From Eledone cirrhosa (taxonomy: Eukaryota), in the NCBI GenBank assembly GCA_964016885.1, contig CAXHJY010000208.1:1-42668 (forward strand): a stretch of DNA of 42,668 bases, given 5' to 3'. Position 1 is the first letter of the stretch. Each line of letters starts with the position of its first letter. This document shows positions 27,489 through 40,717 of this stretch, in pieces. A model generated the notes under the pieces. The model had not been told where the DNA came from and made no database searches. It was given only the letters and a program-made list of their open reading frames with translations. The position numbers and the translations under genes were made by a program.

Positions 27489-28550
27489 ATAGTATATGAA
27501 GCTCTAGATAGAAGTGGCCACAAAAATAGATTAGAGTATATACCTTCTACTAAAAATACTGAAAGCATACAGCATAATATTACCAACAAACACCAAATGA
27601 AAAGTACACACCTAAATGCCACCCACAATATACCCCAAAATACTAAATCTTCTAATATAAAGTATAGTAACCCTCAAAAAACTACTCATCATACAACTAT
27701 AATAAATATTAATAATAAAACTCCTAATAAAAAAGATAAAACACCTAAATCTACAAATATAACTAAAAATAGTTGTGGTGAGATCATTAACATTAATCCT
27801 CCTAGTAAAAATCATGATACAACCTATAAAAATAATAAAAATAATAAACAACATAGAAACCGTAATAGACGAGTTACTTGGTATAATGCTCCTTTTAATT
27901 TACAAGTTAAGGATAATATTGCTAAAAAATTTTTTTATATCCTTGAGAAAAACTTCCCGCCAAACCACAAATACCATCAAATCTTAAATAGGTCTACAGT
28001 TAAATTCTCATACTCTACAACAAATAACATAAAACAAAATATAAGTGCATATAATGCATATAAATGCAAGAAAACCATAAGTATACCACCAGTACATCAA
28101 ATTAACAATAATATCTCCTCAAATACAGAATTAACGAAAGGATGTAACTGTAGAAACAAAACAAACTGCCCATTAAAAGGGAATTGTCTTGTTAACAACA
28201 TAGTCTATAAATGTAATGTTAAAACTAAAGATTCTATTTGCTCATATATAGGAGCTACCTCTAACAATTTTAAGACAAGGTTTAATACCCACAAGCATAG
28301 TTTTAAAAATGCCGCACTGGCTAATACAACATCTCTAGCAGAAAAAATCAATAGTTATAAAAATAAGAATATAAAATATGATTTGACCTGGAGTGTGCTC
28401 AAAAGAGCCACCCCTTATCAAAATAATAGAAAGGAATGTAGATTATGTTCCCAAGAACTATTTGAAATAATGAAGTCTAAGGATATCTTATTAAATAAAC
28501 GACAGGAATTAATTATATCGTGTAATCATAAACTAAAAAAAAACATTTAA
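27489..28550 (+). CDS. C-terminal part of PLE polyprotein: end of RT thumb, N/K/T-rich linker, Cys motif and GIY-YIG endonuclease (5'-truncated)
   Basis: Frame is open upstream of Met 27597 and reads YEALDRSGHKNRLEY. It continues with RRVTWYNAPF, CNC...CPLKGNC, IVYKC...YIGAT..FKTRFNTH, CRLC..E and LLNKRQE. Confidence 0.88.
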   Translation: MVYEALDRSGHKNRLEYIPSTKNTESIQHNITNKHQMKSTHLNATHNIPQNTKSSNIKYSNPQKTTHHTTIININNKTPNKKDKTPKSTNITKNSCGEIININPPSKNHDTTYKNNKNNKQHRNRNRRVTWYNAPFNLQVKDNIAKKFFYILEKNFPPNHKYHQILNRSTVKFSYSTTNNIKQNISAYNAYKCKKTISIPPVHQINNNISSNTELTKGCNCRNKTNCPLKGNCLVNNIVYKCNVKTKDSICSYIGATSNNFKTRFNTHKHSFKNAALANTTSLAEKINSYKNKNIKYDLTWSVLKRATPYQNNRKECRLCSQELFEIMKSKDILLNKRQELIISCNHKLKKNI

Positions 28551-29104
28551 ATATTATAAACCTAATTAATAACATTATTCTAGAAATTAATTTAATTTAA
28601 ATGTTAGTTAACCTATAAATTTAATTTAATTAATATTTTATTACAGATGAGAAAATATTATGTAATCATAAATTGTGAAAAACCTTTAAATATTACTAAT
28701 ATATACTTAGTAATTTAATTTATAGATTAATTTTAATTTATTTAAACCTTTTATTATAATTCTTTTACAGATAAAATATAGCAAAATAATATCATGTTTC
28801 CAATGACGGAGAAATAATTTTTAGTATTATAGACATAATTAATATACATTTTGGAAATATATTTATTATTTGGTTTTAGTTTTAATCAACCTAAAAATTT
28901 TAATTTTAATTTGCTTAAAATTAGTATCCTTATACAGACGAATTGCAGAATGTCATGTAATCATAGAATGGGATGTGTTTTGGATATATACCTAGTTAAT
29001 ATATTCTGTGCAATTTTTTGAAAAAGATATGTATATGTATATGTGTATGTATATGTGTGTGTTATGTATGTGTATCTGTATGTATGTATGTATGTGTATA
29101 TGTG

Positions 29105-29151
<47 letters not shown>

Positions 29152-30459
29152 ATATGTATGTATATGTGTATGTGTATGTATATGTATATGTATGCGTATT
29201 ATTTTGATTTCTATTTGCATATAATTATATTATGCTATTGATGAAATACAATATCTGCTTTATGTATTGTATACCTAGTTAACATATACTAATTAACGTA
29301 TACTATTGAAATAAATATATAATTTTTAATTTAGTTAACATATAATTTATATGCTACTACCGATGTAATACTTTATTTTATTTTTATTTGGGTTTCTTTT
29401 CCCTATTACTAAATTCATCTCCTAATATTGATACCATAACGTTATTAACTTTAATTTAGTTATACTGTAATTAATAATCTACTACTGTTTGACTTCAAAA
29501 TTCTGCTTCAAATATTATAAACCTAACTAATTTACACCTTAGAAATCAATATGTTGGCTATCTTTGGTTTAGTTAACATATGATTAATGGTATACTTATT
29601 TATTTTGAGATGCATAGATTTCGTATTTCCTAGCACTGAAAATATGTAAGAACATACATTGAATTAAGATACGGAAAATATTATATGTTTCTTGAAACAT
29701 ATATTTACTTTGATCCCCTTCTCCAAACCCCCCCTTTCCCCCATACTATTATCATCTGTATTTGTAAGCGTCTATGTATGAATATATATGTAGGTGGGTG
29801 TCTATATAGGTTTGGGTATTTATATCTAAATATAAAAATACATATATGAGCATGCAAATATGAATGTAAGATTGTGTGTGTATATATGATTGTACATACA
29901 TATGTATGTATATATATGTATATATATGCATTATATATGTGTGTGTATGTGAATGTGTTGTATGTATATGTGTATGTATGTGTATATATGTGTATGTATG
30001 TGTATGCTTGTATATATATGAATATATATATGTGTATATATGTATGTATATGTATATGCGTGTATGTATGTATGTGTATGTGTGTTGTGTATATATATGT
30101 ATGTCTCTCTATTTATATGTTTATCTTCGTATCTATGTGATATATGTGTGTGTGTGTGCACGTATGCATATGTATGTGTTTGTGTGTGTTTGTATGTGTG
30201 TTTGTATATATGTGTATGTGCGCACACACACATACACATATATATATATATATATGTGAGTGTGTATGTGTGTCTGTGTGTGTGTGTGTGTGTGTATGTG
30301 TGTATATATATATATATATATATGTATGTATATATATATATAGATATATATATATATATATATATATAGGTGTCTATGTGTGAATATATGTCTTTATTAG
30401 TATGTATGTATTTATGTATGTATATATTTATGTGTATGTATGTATGTGTATGTATGTAT

Positions 30460-30491
<32 letters not shown>

Positions 30492-30792
30492 GTGTATATA
30501 TATATATGTATATTATTCTTTATTATTATAATATAACTTATGTGTATATGTGTATAAGTGAGGTTGTGTATGTATATATAATATGTGTATATATAAGAGT
30601 AATAAAATATATATATATATATATATATATGTGCATGTCTGTTTTTTATGTGTGTGTGTATATATATATATGTATGTATATATATGTATATATATGTACG
30701 TGTGTGTATATGGATATATATGTATATATATATATACATGTGGGTGTTTGTATGTGTTTTTATGGTGGTATGTGTGTGTGGATATATATGTT

Positions 30793-30824
<32 letters not shown>

Positions 30825-30830
30825 AGTCTA

Positions 30831-30882
<52 letters not shown>

Positions 30883-31226
30883 TGTGTGTGTATATATGTG
30901 TGTGTATGTATATATATATGTGTATGTATGTGTATATATATATATATATCTCTATTAATGCGTGTGTGTATGTATATACATATGCCTTTTTATTATTATT
31001 TTTTATTATTATCTTTATTTGTATGTCTGAGTTTGGTGAGGTTGTATTGTTTTTTATGTATATACACATTTATGGAAGCGTATGTATTTATATATATGAG
31101 TATAAGTAGGTGCATATGTATGTATGATTATATATCTAATTCTATGTATGAAGGTACATCTATATATATATATATATATACGTGTGTATGTAAATTGTGT
31201 GTGTATGTATCTATATGTCTATGTGA

Positions 31227-31270
<44 letters not shown>

Positions 31271-31361
31271 CGATGTGCGTATATGTATGTACATGTATGT
31301 ACATGTATGTGTGTATGTATGTGTATGTATATTTAGATGTATGTGTATGTATATGTATATG

Positions 31362-31402
<41 letters not shown>

Positions 31403-32227
31403 ATGTATATATATATGGATATATATCTTTATTATCTATTTTTTTATATATATGTGTATGTGTGTATGTGTTGCGCGTGTGTGTGTGTGTGTATATATAT
31501 ATCTTTTTATATGTGTATGTGTATGTTCGTGTAAGTGTATGTGTGTGTATGACTGTATATGTATGTGTGTATGTGTGTATGCGTAAATATCTCTATGTGT
31601 GCGTACATGTATGTATGTGTGTTTATATATCTGTATGTGTATATATATTATATTATAGTTATTATATTTTATTGTTTTATTTTTTTATTTTTCTTAATTT
31701 ATAGATACATTTATATTAGGCAGTCTGCTCAGACAATTGAATACTGACCCCTCCCCCCCCTCCCACCTAATTTCTGTATCTTGATCTTGAAATGTGTGTG
31801 CCAGTGTTTTATGTGAGTGATTTAATTTCTATGTGCTTATGATTTTATATCCACATATATAAATGTGAGTGGGGGAGTGTGTGTGTTTGTATGTTCGTGG
31901 TTATGTGTATATTTATGCATATACGCGCATGTATGTGTGATTATACTGATATGTGTGAGTATGAAAAAATATATTTATATGCTTGACTCCATAAGTATCA
32001 ATGCGCATCTTATCAGCGCATTAAGCTTACAGAGATATTAACCTTGAAATTTTGTGTTTGCATCCATCTTTTTAGTATGCGTATACAAATTATACACACA
32101 TTTTTGTAAAATATGTGTAAGGATTTTACATGTATATACACACACCGAACTGCTTTTAACCCTTTGTATTTTCATTGGTCAATTTTGAACTGATATTTTG
32201 AATTGTTGTTATTATCAATAAATATAC

Positions 32228-32382
32228 TTCATTATTTCTGAAGACGGCGTATATATGTGTTAGGTATGTATATTTAATCTTGATAATTTGTATAATTTTG
32301 TATAATTTTGTACATAGATCTGTTGAATATGCATACCAATTATAACACATATATACCCTAGAAACGATCGTTAAATAATGAA
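32228..32382 (+). ncRNA. Type I hammerhead with ~115-nt stem II (mirror copy on minus strand at 24370-24524)
   Basis: Stem I TTCATTATTT/AAATAATGAA, CTGAAGA 32238-32244, GAAA 32361-32364, CGATCG, GUU site. Confidence 0.8.
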
Positions 32383-32566
32383 TTTTTTTGTTTAATATAA
32401 GGAATTGTTTATTCATTATTTGTTTAATATTTTATCTTGACTCTGTATACCGTTTGTCTTTCACCGAAAGTGGATTTTCATTGCATCTCTTCTTTCCATG
32501 ATATCCGGAATACATTGAGTTCTTCATACGGATTGGACACTACCGTAAACTCTTGGTAGATTTATC

Positions 32567-32569
<3 letters not shown>

Positions 32570-32614
<45 letters not shown>

Positions 32615-32644
32615 AAACTCATAAACACATACACTTTTATATAC

Positions 32645-32677
<33 letters not shown>

Positions 32678-32795
32678 CATATATATATACATATATATAT
32701 ATACATATATATATACATATATATATATATACATATATATATACAATATATATACATATATACATATATAAATATATACATATATAAATATATAC

Positions 32796-32830
<35 letters not shown>

Positions 32831-32839
32831 CATATATAA

Positions 32840-32872
<33 letters not shown>

Positions 32873-32873
32873 A

Positions 32874-32912
<39 letters not shown>

Positions 32913-32973
32913 TATACATATATATATATATATACATATATAAATATATACATATATATATATATATATATAA

Positions 32974-33004
<31 letters not shown>

Positions 33005-33043
33005 CATATATAAATATATATATATATATATATACATATATAA

Positions 33044-33074
<31 letters not shown>

Positions 33075-33170
33075 CATATATAAATATATACATTTATATA
33101 TATATACATATATAAATATATACATTTATATATATATACATATATAAATATATACATTTATATATGTATA

Positions 33171-33203
<33 letters not shown>

Positions 33204-33204
33204 A

Positions 33205-33237
<33 letters not shown>

Positions 33238-33238
33238 A

Positions 33239-33271
<33 letters not shown>

Positions 33272-33343
33272 ACATTTATATATATATATACATATATATA
33301 TACATATATATACATATATACATATATATATACATATATATAC

Positions 33344-33376
<33 letters not shown>

Positions 33377-33860
33377 CATATATAAATATATACATATATA
33401 TATATATACATATATAAATATATACATATATATATATATACATATATAAATATATACATTTATATATATATATATACATATATACATATATATACATATA
33501 TAAATATATACATTTATATATATATATATACATATATACATATATATACATATATATATATATACATATATATATATACATATATAAATATATACATATA
33601 TATATATATAAATATATACATATATATATATATATACATATATATATACATATATATAAACATATATATATATACATATATATATATACATATATATATA
33701 CATATATATATATATACAAATATATACAATATGTTGGAAAGGTAACACACCTTTCCAACATATTGTATTTTAAAGAGCTCAGGATTTCTTCTCCTTTGAG
33801 CACATTATTTACAGGGAATAGCGAGGGCCTATGCCTCCGTTAATTTATCGTGATACATAC

Positions 33861-33915
<55 letters not shown>

Positions 33916-34028
33916 TATACATATATACATATATATATATACATATATATATATATACATATATATATACATCTATACATATATATATATACATATATAT
34001 ATATATACATATATATATACATCTATAC

Positions 34029-34077
<49 letters not shown>

Positions 34078-34644
34078 CATATATATATACATATATATAT
34101 ACATATATATATATACATATATATATATACATATATATATACATATATATATACATATATATATATACATATATATATATACATATATATACATACATAC
34201 ATATATATATACATATATATATACATATATATATACATATATATATATACATATATATATATATACATATATATATACATATATATATATACATATATAT
34301 ATATACATATATACATATATATATACATATATATATATACATATATACATATATATATATACATATATATATATACATATATATATATACATATATACAT
34401 ATATATATATACATATATATATACACATATATATATACACATATATATATACATACATATATGTATATATATACATACATATATGTATATATATACATAC
34501 ATATATGTATATATATACATACATATATATATACATATATATATATACACATATATATATATACATATATATATACATATATATATATATACATATATAT
34601 ATACATATATATATACATATATATATATATACATATATATATAC

Positions 34645-34681
<37 letters not shown>

Positions 34682-34694
34682 CATATATATATAC

Positions 34695-34756
<62 letters not shown>

Positions 34757-34830
34757 ATATACATTAATATATATATACACATATATATACACATATATAT
34801 ATATATACATATATATACATATATATATAC
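32570..34830. repeat. (TA)n/(TACA)-rich microsatellite tract interrupted by a small hairpin element
   Basis: Low-complexity sequence. Confidence 0.9.
33725..33855 (+). mobile_element. Minimal hairpin-plus-tail element
   Basis: ATACAATATGTTGGAAAGGT / ACCTTTCCAACATATTGTAT hairpin followed by an ~85-bp tail containing TTGAGCAC, in (TA)n. Confidence 0.55.
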
Positions 34831-35019
34831 GGAGGAGGTTATAGTTCACTTGAAGCATTGTGTAATGAGGTATAAACGTTTGAATATGTATAATAAAGCC
34901 AAAACAATGCAGGTATGGACATAGAAAAAAGAATGCAATTGCAAAAGATATTGTTGACAATTCGTCTTTTACCTTAGATTTATTTAAATGCCCTTAATTT
35001 TCGAGATAATATCTCTTCT

Positions 35020-35069
<50 letters not shown>

Positions 35070-35748
35070 AATACATATAAAACACAACTACGTACACTTA
35101 TATAGGTATATATACTGTATATATGCACATATATATGCATGGTGTGTGTGTGTGTGTGTGCGCGCGTGTGCGTGTGCGTGTGTGTGTGTGTGTGTTTCAT
35201 CCATTATTATTTTAAAAGATTTTAAGGAAACATTTAGGTAATCAAATCAACCGATCTTTCCTCGGGTTAAATATATTTCCTCGTTTTATTTACAATCGTT
35301 CGGCTTTACAGCTGTTGTTTAAAGTAAGTCTGAATCAATTCTAAACATCCTATCACAGCCGAGACTCGTATTGCTATCTTCTTTTCCATCTTTTTTTTAA
35401 TTTTTGTTTCATACTTTTATTCGCTTTTGTTATTTTTTTTCTTCTATTTGTTTATGTATTTTTGGCATGTATCTGTATTTGTTGCTTTGTTAGTTTGTTA
35501 AATGAAATAACAGCACGGTATTGTTTGTAATAAGATAATCTTTTTCCTGCTACACCGGCCTCTATCTCATGATGTTTTCCCCCTTCTCTAAAAAAACATG
35601 GTTGCAGTTTGAAGGAATAGTTTAAAGGTACCAGTGTATGAAACTATAATGTCTGCCATGTAAATAAAATATACATGTGGATTTATTGTCCGTCTTTTAT
35701 ACTTTCATCTTATCTATCTTTATGGTTCTCTCTTTCCTCCATCTACTC

Positions 35749-35778
35749 TCCAATGAAGGACCTCGTCCGAAACGTCAA
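35749..35778 (+). ncRNA. Degenerate minimal hammerhead (CCAAUGA core)
   Basis: CCAATGA-A-GGAC-CTC-GTCC-GAAA-CGTC; TAGAGCAC ~25 nt downstream. Confidence 0.45.
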
Positions 35779-36257
35779 AATATCTGATTATGCACTTCTT
35801 AGAGCACCAAAGGACGTCCAGTGTTGAAAATAGCTGTGTGTGATCGCTAACTAAGATGGTATAGTGTGATTTCAGATGGATTTCACTGCTGTTTCTAGCA
35901 TGCCGGACAACCAGTATGAAATGTATGCTATAGCAAAGTAAGAAGGTAAGCTGTGAGAGGGATATAACTGCTATTTGTAGCTAGTCAATTACTGTTGGGC
36001 CACTGCCGCCATGTCGACTGTGTACAAAAGCCTGGTAAGAAGGCAAGTTGGCATTTAAGATGTATTTAGCTATTATATCTAGCGTCTTGACGATTGCAAG
36101 GTAAACTGGTCAGCTGCAGCACTCCGAGGTGCTGCAAGTAAGTACCGCTTCAGAATAGAACTACCACCAACACAACACTAACACACGAGACTGCGCAGAC
36201 GGAACGGAAGTTTAAGGTTGTATTATTGATGGGTGACATGAACAAGGACACGATCTG

Positions 36258-36810
36258 TGAGGGGGGTGGCGGGGGGTGTGGGGGAGTGTGGGGGATATGG
36301 GGGGGGAGTATGTGAGCGAGTGTGTAGGGGAGTGTGTGGGGCAGTATGTGGAGGAGTGTGTGGGGAGTGTGGCGGAGTGTGGCGGAGTGTATGGGGGCGA
36401 GTATGTGGGCGAGTATGTGGGCGAGTATGTGGGGCAGTGTGTGGGGGAGTGTGTGGGGCAGTGTGTGGAGGAGTGTGTGGGGCAGTGTGTGGGGGAGTGT
36501 GTGGGGCAGTATGTGGAGGAGTGTGTGGGGAGTGTGGCGGAGTGTGGCGCAGTGTATGGGGGCGAGTATGTGGGCGAGTATGTGGGGCAGTGTGTGGGGG
36601 AGTGTGTGGGGCAGTATGTGGAGGAGTGTGTGGGGAGTGTGGCGGGGTGTATGTGGGCGAGTATGTGGGGCAGTGTGTGGGGGAGTGTGTGGGGCAGTAT
36701 GTGGAGGAGTGTGTGGGGAGTGTGGCGGAGTGTATGGGGGCGAGTATGTGGGCGAGTATGTGGGGCAGTGTGTGGGGGAGTGTGTGGGGCAGTGTGTGGA
36801 GGAGTGTGAG
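36258..36810. repeat. G-rich ~12-bp-unit minisatellite (GAGTGTGTGGGG variants)
   Basis: Tandem variants GAGTGTGTGGGG / CAGTATGTGGAG / GAGTATGTGGGC. Confidence 0.9.
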
Positions 36811-37532
36811 CATTTGAGAGACATAGACTCGGTTTGGATACTCCTGTCGTCCGTCATTTCCGTTCCCTGGTCACTCCTCCCTACATGTCTGTCCGGGGTG
36901 TCCTTTTACATCACGAATCACAGGCCTCGTGCACCAGGACTGAACAGAGTCTGATTTACCGCCTTGGGTCCTGTCTTCCTCATGGACTCAACTCCTCCCA
37001 TCTCCAATTTCTTTAATACGTTAATTCGTTATCACATACGCGCTTGTACATTCACCCCGAGATTCCTATCGTTCCCTCTTGATCATAAACATATTCTCTT
37101 ACAACTAATACAGACAGACAAAACACGCACACTCCACTTTTCCCTACACTGCTCTGTATAAACACATACACGCCCTTATATTAACATACCTTTGCTCATA
37201 GCTTCGTACTTACATGCACACACGCATTCTTTTACTTACATATGCACACACATATCCTCTTAGCTTCGCACGGTCGTATAATAACACACACAGACACACA
37301 CACGCATACGCACGCGCTCAAGTATAGCGCTTTTTACAAAACGGTTGTTTTCCATTCCAGGTAGACGCGCTCCATCATCCATTTTTCTAAAAAAAAATAT
37401 ATCATACACAAAACGCCAGTACCAACAGTCTTCCAGGAGATGAGAACATGAATGGGCCTGTTATTTTTATCTAAAGACATTTTTTCCAATTCCACCCCGC
37501 CCGTCCCTTCAATCTTTCTAATTCTCATTCTT

Positions 37533-37568
37533 TCTTCTGATGAAGGACTAGCGTCCGAAACGTTAAGA
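37533..37568 (+). ncRNA. Minimal type I hammerhead (dimer-type, palindromic stem III)
   Basis: TCTT-CTGATGA-A-GGAC-TAGC-GTCC-GAAA-CG-TT-AAGA. Confidence 0.72.
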
Positions 37569-37655
37569 CTATCTTCCTGCTATTTCAAGCGTTAACCTAA
37601 TATATTCCTTCCATATACTGTACCGATTGTGTTGTTATTTCTGTTTACCTTTTAC

Positions 37656-37686
<31 letters not shown>

Positions 37687-37750
37687 CATACATACATACA
37701 TACATACATACATACATACATACATACATACATACATACATACATACATA

Positions 37751-38272
37751 CATGGTGGTGGTTGCCAACTCGTTTTCGAGTACGGCCACTACTTTATATC
37801 CATGTAGGAGAACCCCTACCGATGCGCTGAACGAGTGTGACTTTTTAGTCCAGCCAGCGACTTGAAAACTCTGGTACAAACACTACACTTGCGACAATTA
37901 TTGACACATAGTGCTGGGCCCATGGTACCATGTGACGACAAGTGCAGAGAGATCTCCAGATATAAAGCAATGCCTGTGCCGTGAAGCTTTTATAGTGAGC
38001 AAAGGCACTGCACAAAGCCAGTCCCACTCTCTTAACCAAGATGATATTTACCAAAAAGAAGAACAAGTCAACATCATTGGATACCATCAGGGTTGCAGGT
38101 GTTATATCAGAGTTTTCCTTCTCCTAGAATTCTGCCTTGACAAAGGCTAAGGGGTCATCTCTCCCGGTGATTTTGGATGGCCATTGACTCTTAAGAGCTC
38201 CTTTGCCCTTTGACAGGTTTTGTTTTTAGTCCTGCAGGATGTCCAAAGTCACCCTCCTCACCAAGAAACCTT
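37751..38272 (-). mobile_element. Non-autonomous RTE-like element, copy 2 (5'-shorter)
   Basis: Matches 3400-3908 with small indels; long (TATG)n tail at 37657-37752. Confidence 0.65.
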
Positions 38273-38299
38273 GTGTGTGTGTGTGTGTACAATGTCAAT

Positions 38300-38475
38300 A
38301 ATACATGCTTTGCAGCATAGAGTTACGGCCCTTTATGATCCGAGTTCAAATCCCGCCGAGGTTAACTTTACCTTTCATCCTTACGAGGTCGATAAAATAA
38401 AGTACTAGTCACGTACTGAGGTCGATTTAATTGACTTACAAATTGCTGGTCTTGTGCCTAGAAAAGAAACCATTA
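38300..38475 (+). mobile_element. SINE, same family as 6062-6326
   Basis: GAGTTCAAATCCCGCCGAGGTTAACTTT...GTCGATAAAATAAAGTAC. Confidence 0.8.
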
Positions 38476-38565
38476 TATATATGTATGCGCTATTCAACTC
38501 AACATAGCTCCCAAGAAAAATAACCTCAATTTGTTTGAACATATTCCTCCCTGTACCAGTTATAT

Positions 38566-38641
38566 AAGTGACACGTATTGCTCCCTGTACCTGTTATATA
38601 AGTGACACGTATTGCTCCCTGTACCAGTTATATAAGTGACA
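38566..38641. repeat. 34-bp tandem repeat
   Basis: CTCCCTGTACC(A/T)GTTATATAAGTGACACGTATTG repeated ~2.8 times (start approximate). Confidence 0.75.
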
Positions 38642-39049
38642 GCAAATATTGCTGGACTTTCTCTACTGAGTATTAGATGAAGGAGTGGATTGGAGTGGGG
38701 TGGAGTGGGGTGGAGTGGGGTGAAGTGGGGGTGGAGTGGTAAAGGAGTAGGGTGGCGGGTGTGGTGGTGGGCGGGGGGGAAGGGATGGGGGAAGAGATGG
38801 GGGGGGGGGGGGTCCACAGGATATGTGGCAGAGAAGAAATGTATAGAAAAGAATTGGAGAGGAGAGGGTATGGGGTGGGAGAGAGAGAAGGAGAGAGAGA
38901 GGGGGGGGTAAATGTTTCATCAGTGTGGCATTACAATGAGATGTGACAGGGAGAAAGACAATATAAGACAGATTGGGGTGGGTGGTGGTGTGGGTGGTGG
39001 TGTGGGTGGTGGGGTAGGTGGTTTGATGAGAAAGGAAATGGGAAACTAG

Positions 39050-39322
39050 TAATAATAATTGTTTCTACTTTTGGCACAAGGCCAGCAATGATCCCAGTAC
39101 ATTACTGGTACTTTATTTTACCAACCGCGTAAGGATGAAAGGCAAAGTTAACCTCGGCGGGATTTGAACTCAGACCATAAAGGGCTGTAGCTCGATGCTG
39201 CAAAGCAAGGCGTCCGACCCTCTACCGATACTGCCAATCCACCGCCCTTACTAGTAATAATAATTGTTTCTACTTTTGGCACAAGGCCAGCAATTATCCC
39301 AGTGCATTACTGGTACTTTATT
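39050..39322 (-). mobile_element. SINE (39050-39248) plus adjacent 3' fragment (39253-39322)
   Basis: Reverse complement of the 17210-17402 family. Confidence 0.85.
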
Positions 39323-39717
39323 GTATATTTGCCTCAATATAGGTTTTTCCAAAGAATCCCTGTTCTTTAAACTCCCTTCGCCAATGACCTCCACCCATCC
39401 TAATCACCATCTTTGCCAACCACCACAAAACGTATAAATACCACCACACCACAATGGCTGTTGGCTTTCCTGGTGATTTCCTTCCACTTAAACAGTTCTG
39501 CTCCTGTAGAAGCCATTTATATATTTATATATATGTGTGTGTGTGTGTTATATATATATTATATATATATATATGTGTTATATATAAATATGTTATATAT
39601 ATATATATATGTGTTATATATAAATACATTATATATATGTGTTATATATATATATATTATATATATATATGTGTAATATATATAAATATTATATATATAT
39701 ATATTATATACATTTTA

Positions 39718-39765
<48 letters not shown>

Positions 39766-39924
39766 CATATATATATATTATATATATTTTAGTCTTCAAG
39801 TTCATTATTATTACTATATATATTATATATATATATATACATTATTTATATATATTTTATTTATATATATTATATATATATATTATATATATTATATATT
39901 TATATATATATATATATATATATT

Positions 39925-40289
39925 AGAAAGTGAGGTTTTTTTTACAAAATGAAAAATAACCGAGGTGTCCTACACGAGTGGAAGTATAAAGAAAAAGGGA
40001 TGAAATCGAAAATGCAACTGAAGTCTTATTTTTTTTTTAAATATATATATTTATTTGGTTCCTTTACCGGTTTCGCAGTTCTTCTGCTTTTCAAAAGGTG
40101 AGTTGAGATGGAGGGTCTGTGGTTTTTCTCACTCTTAGTACGGCTGTGAGAAAAACCACAGACCCTCCATCTCAACTCACCTTTTGAAAAGCAGAAGAAC
40201 TGCGAAACCGGTAAAGGAACCTATTAAATATATATATTTTTTAAAAAAATAAGACTCCAGTTGCATTTTCGATTTCATCCCTTTTTCTT

Positions 40290-40293
<4 letters not shown>
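39925..40293 (-). mobile_element. Hairpin-plus-tail element: arms 39985-40132 and 40146-40293, tail 39925-39984, variant hammerhead in each arm
   Basis: ~148-bp near-perfect arms with a 13-nt loop. CCTT-TTGAAAA-GCAG-aagaa-CTGC-GAAA-CCGG-TA-AAGG at 40180-40217, mirrored at 40061-40098. Confidence 0.8.
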
Positions 40294-40334
<41 letters not shown>

Positions 40335-40717
40335 AGTATGTATACGTACATACATATATGTATACAGACGTACAGTAGTATGTATATATATATATGCATA
40401 TATGCACACATATATGTACGTATGGATTCACCGAACATTTATTATAATGTATACATATATGTATGTACGTATACATACTTATATTTAAGTAACAGCCGTA
40501 CTAAGAGTGGGAAATGAAATTTCGTTTCATTTTTTCCGTTTATATATATATATATATTATTATATATATATTATATATATATATTATATATATATATATA
40601 TATTATATATATATATATTATATATATATATATATTATATATATATATATTATATATATATATATTATATATATATATATTATATATATATATATATTAT
40701 ATATATATATTATATAT

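Larger units (their letters stand above)
24317..32569 (+). mobile_element. 5'-truncated Penelope-like retroelement with ~3.2-kb inverted arms (24317-27484 and 29277-32435) and a ~135-bp 3' tail
   Basis: Arms are reverse complements that appear to differ mainly in (TA)n length; central GIY-YIG ORF; hammerhead near arm ends; both ends in (TA)n. Confidence 0.9.

Noticed and set aside
24317-32435. DNA transposon (Polinton/foldback-like) with giant TIRs
   Set aside because: No transposase or integrase; the ORF is a PLE C-terminus, and the asymmetric tail and hammerhead fit a Penelope-like retroelement
36150-36954. Pro/His/Thr-rich and Gly/Cys/Val-rich ORFs
   Set aside because: Open in nearly all frames over a G-rich minisatellite; no independent coding evidence
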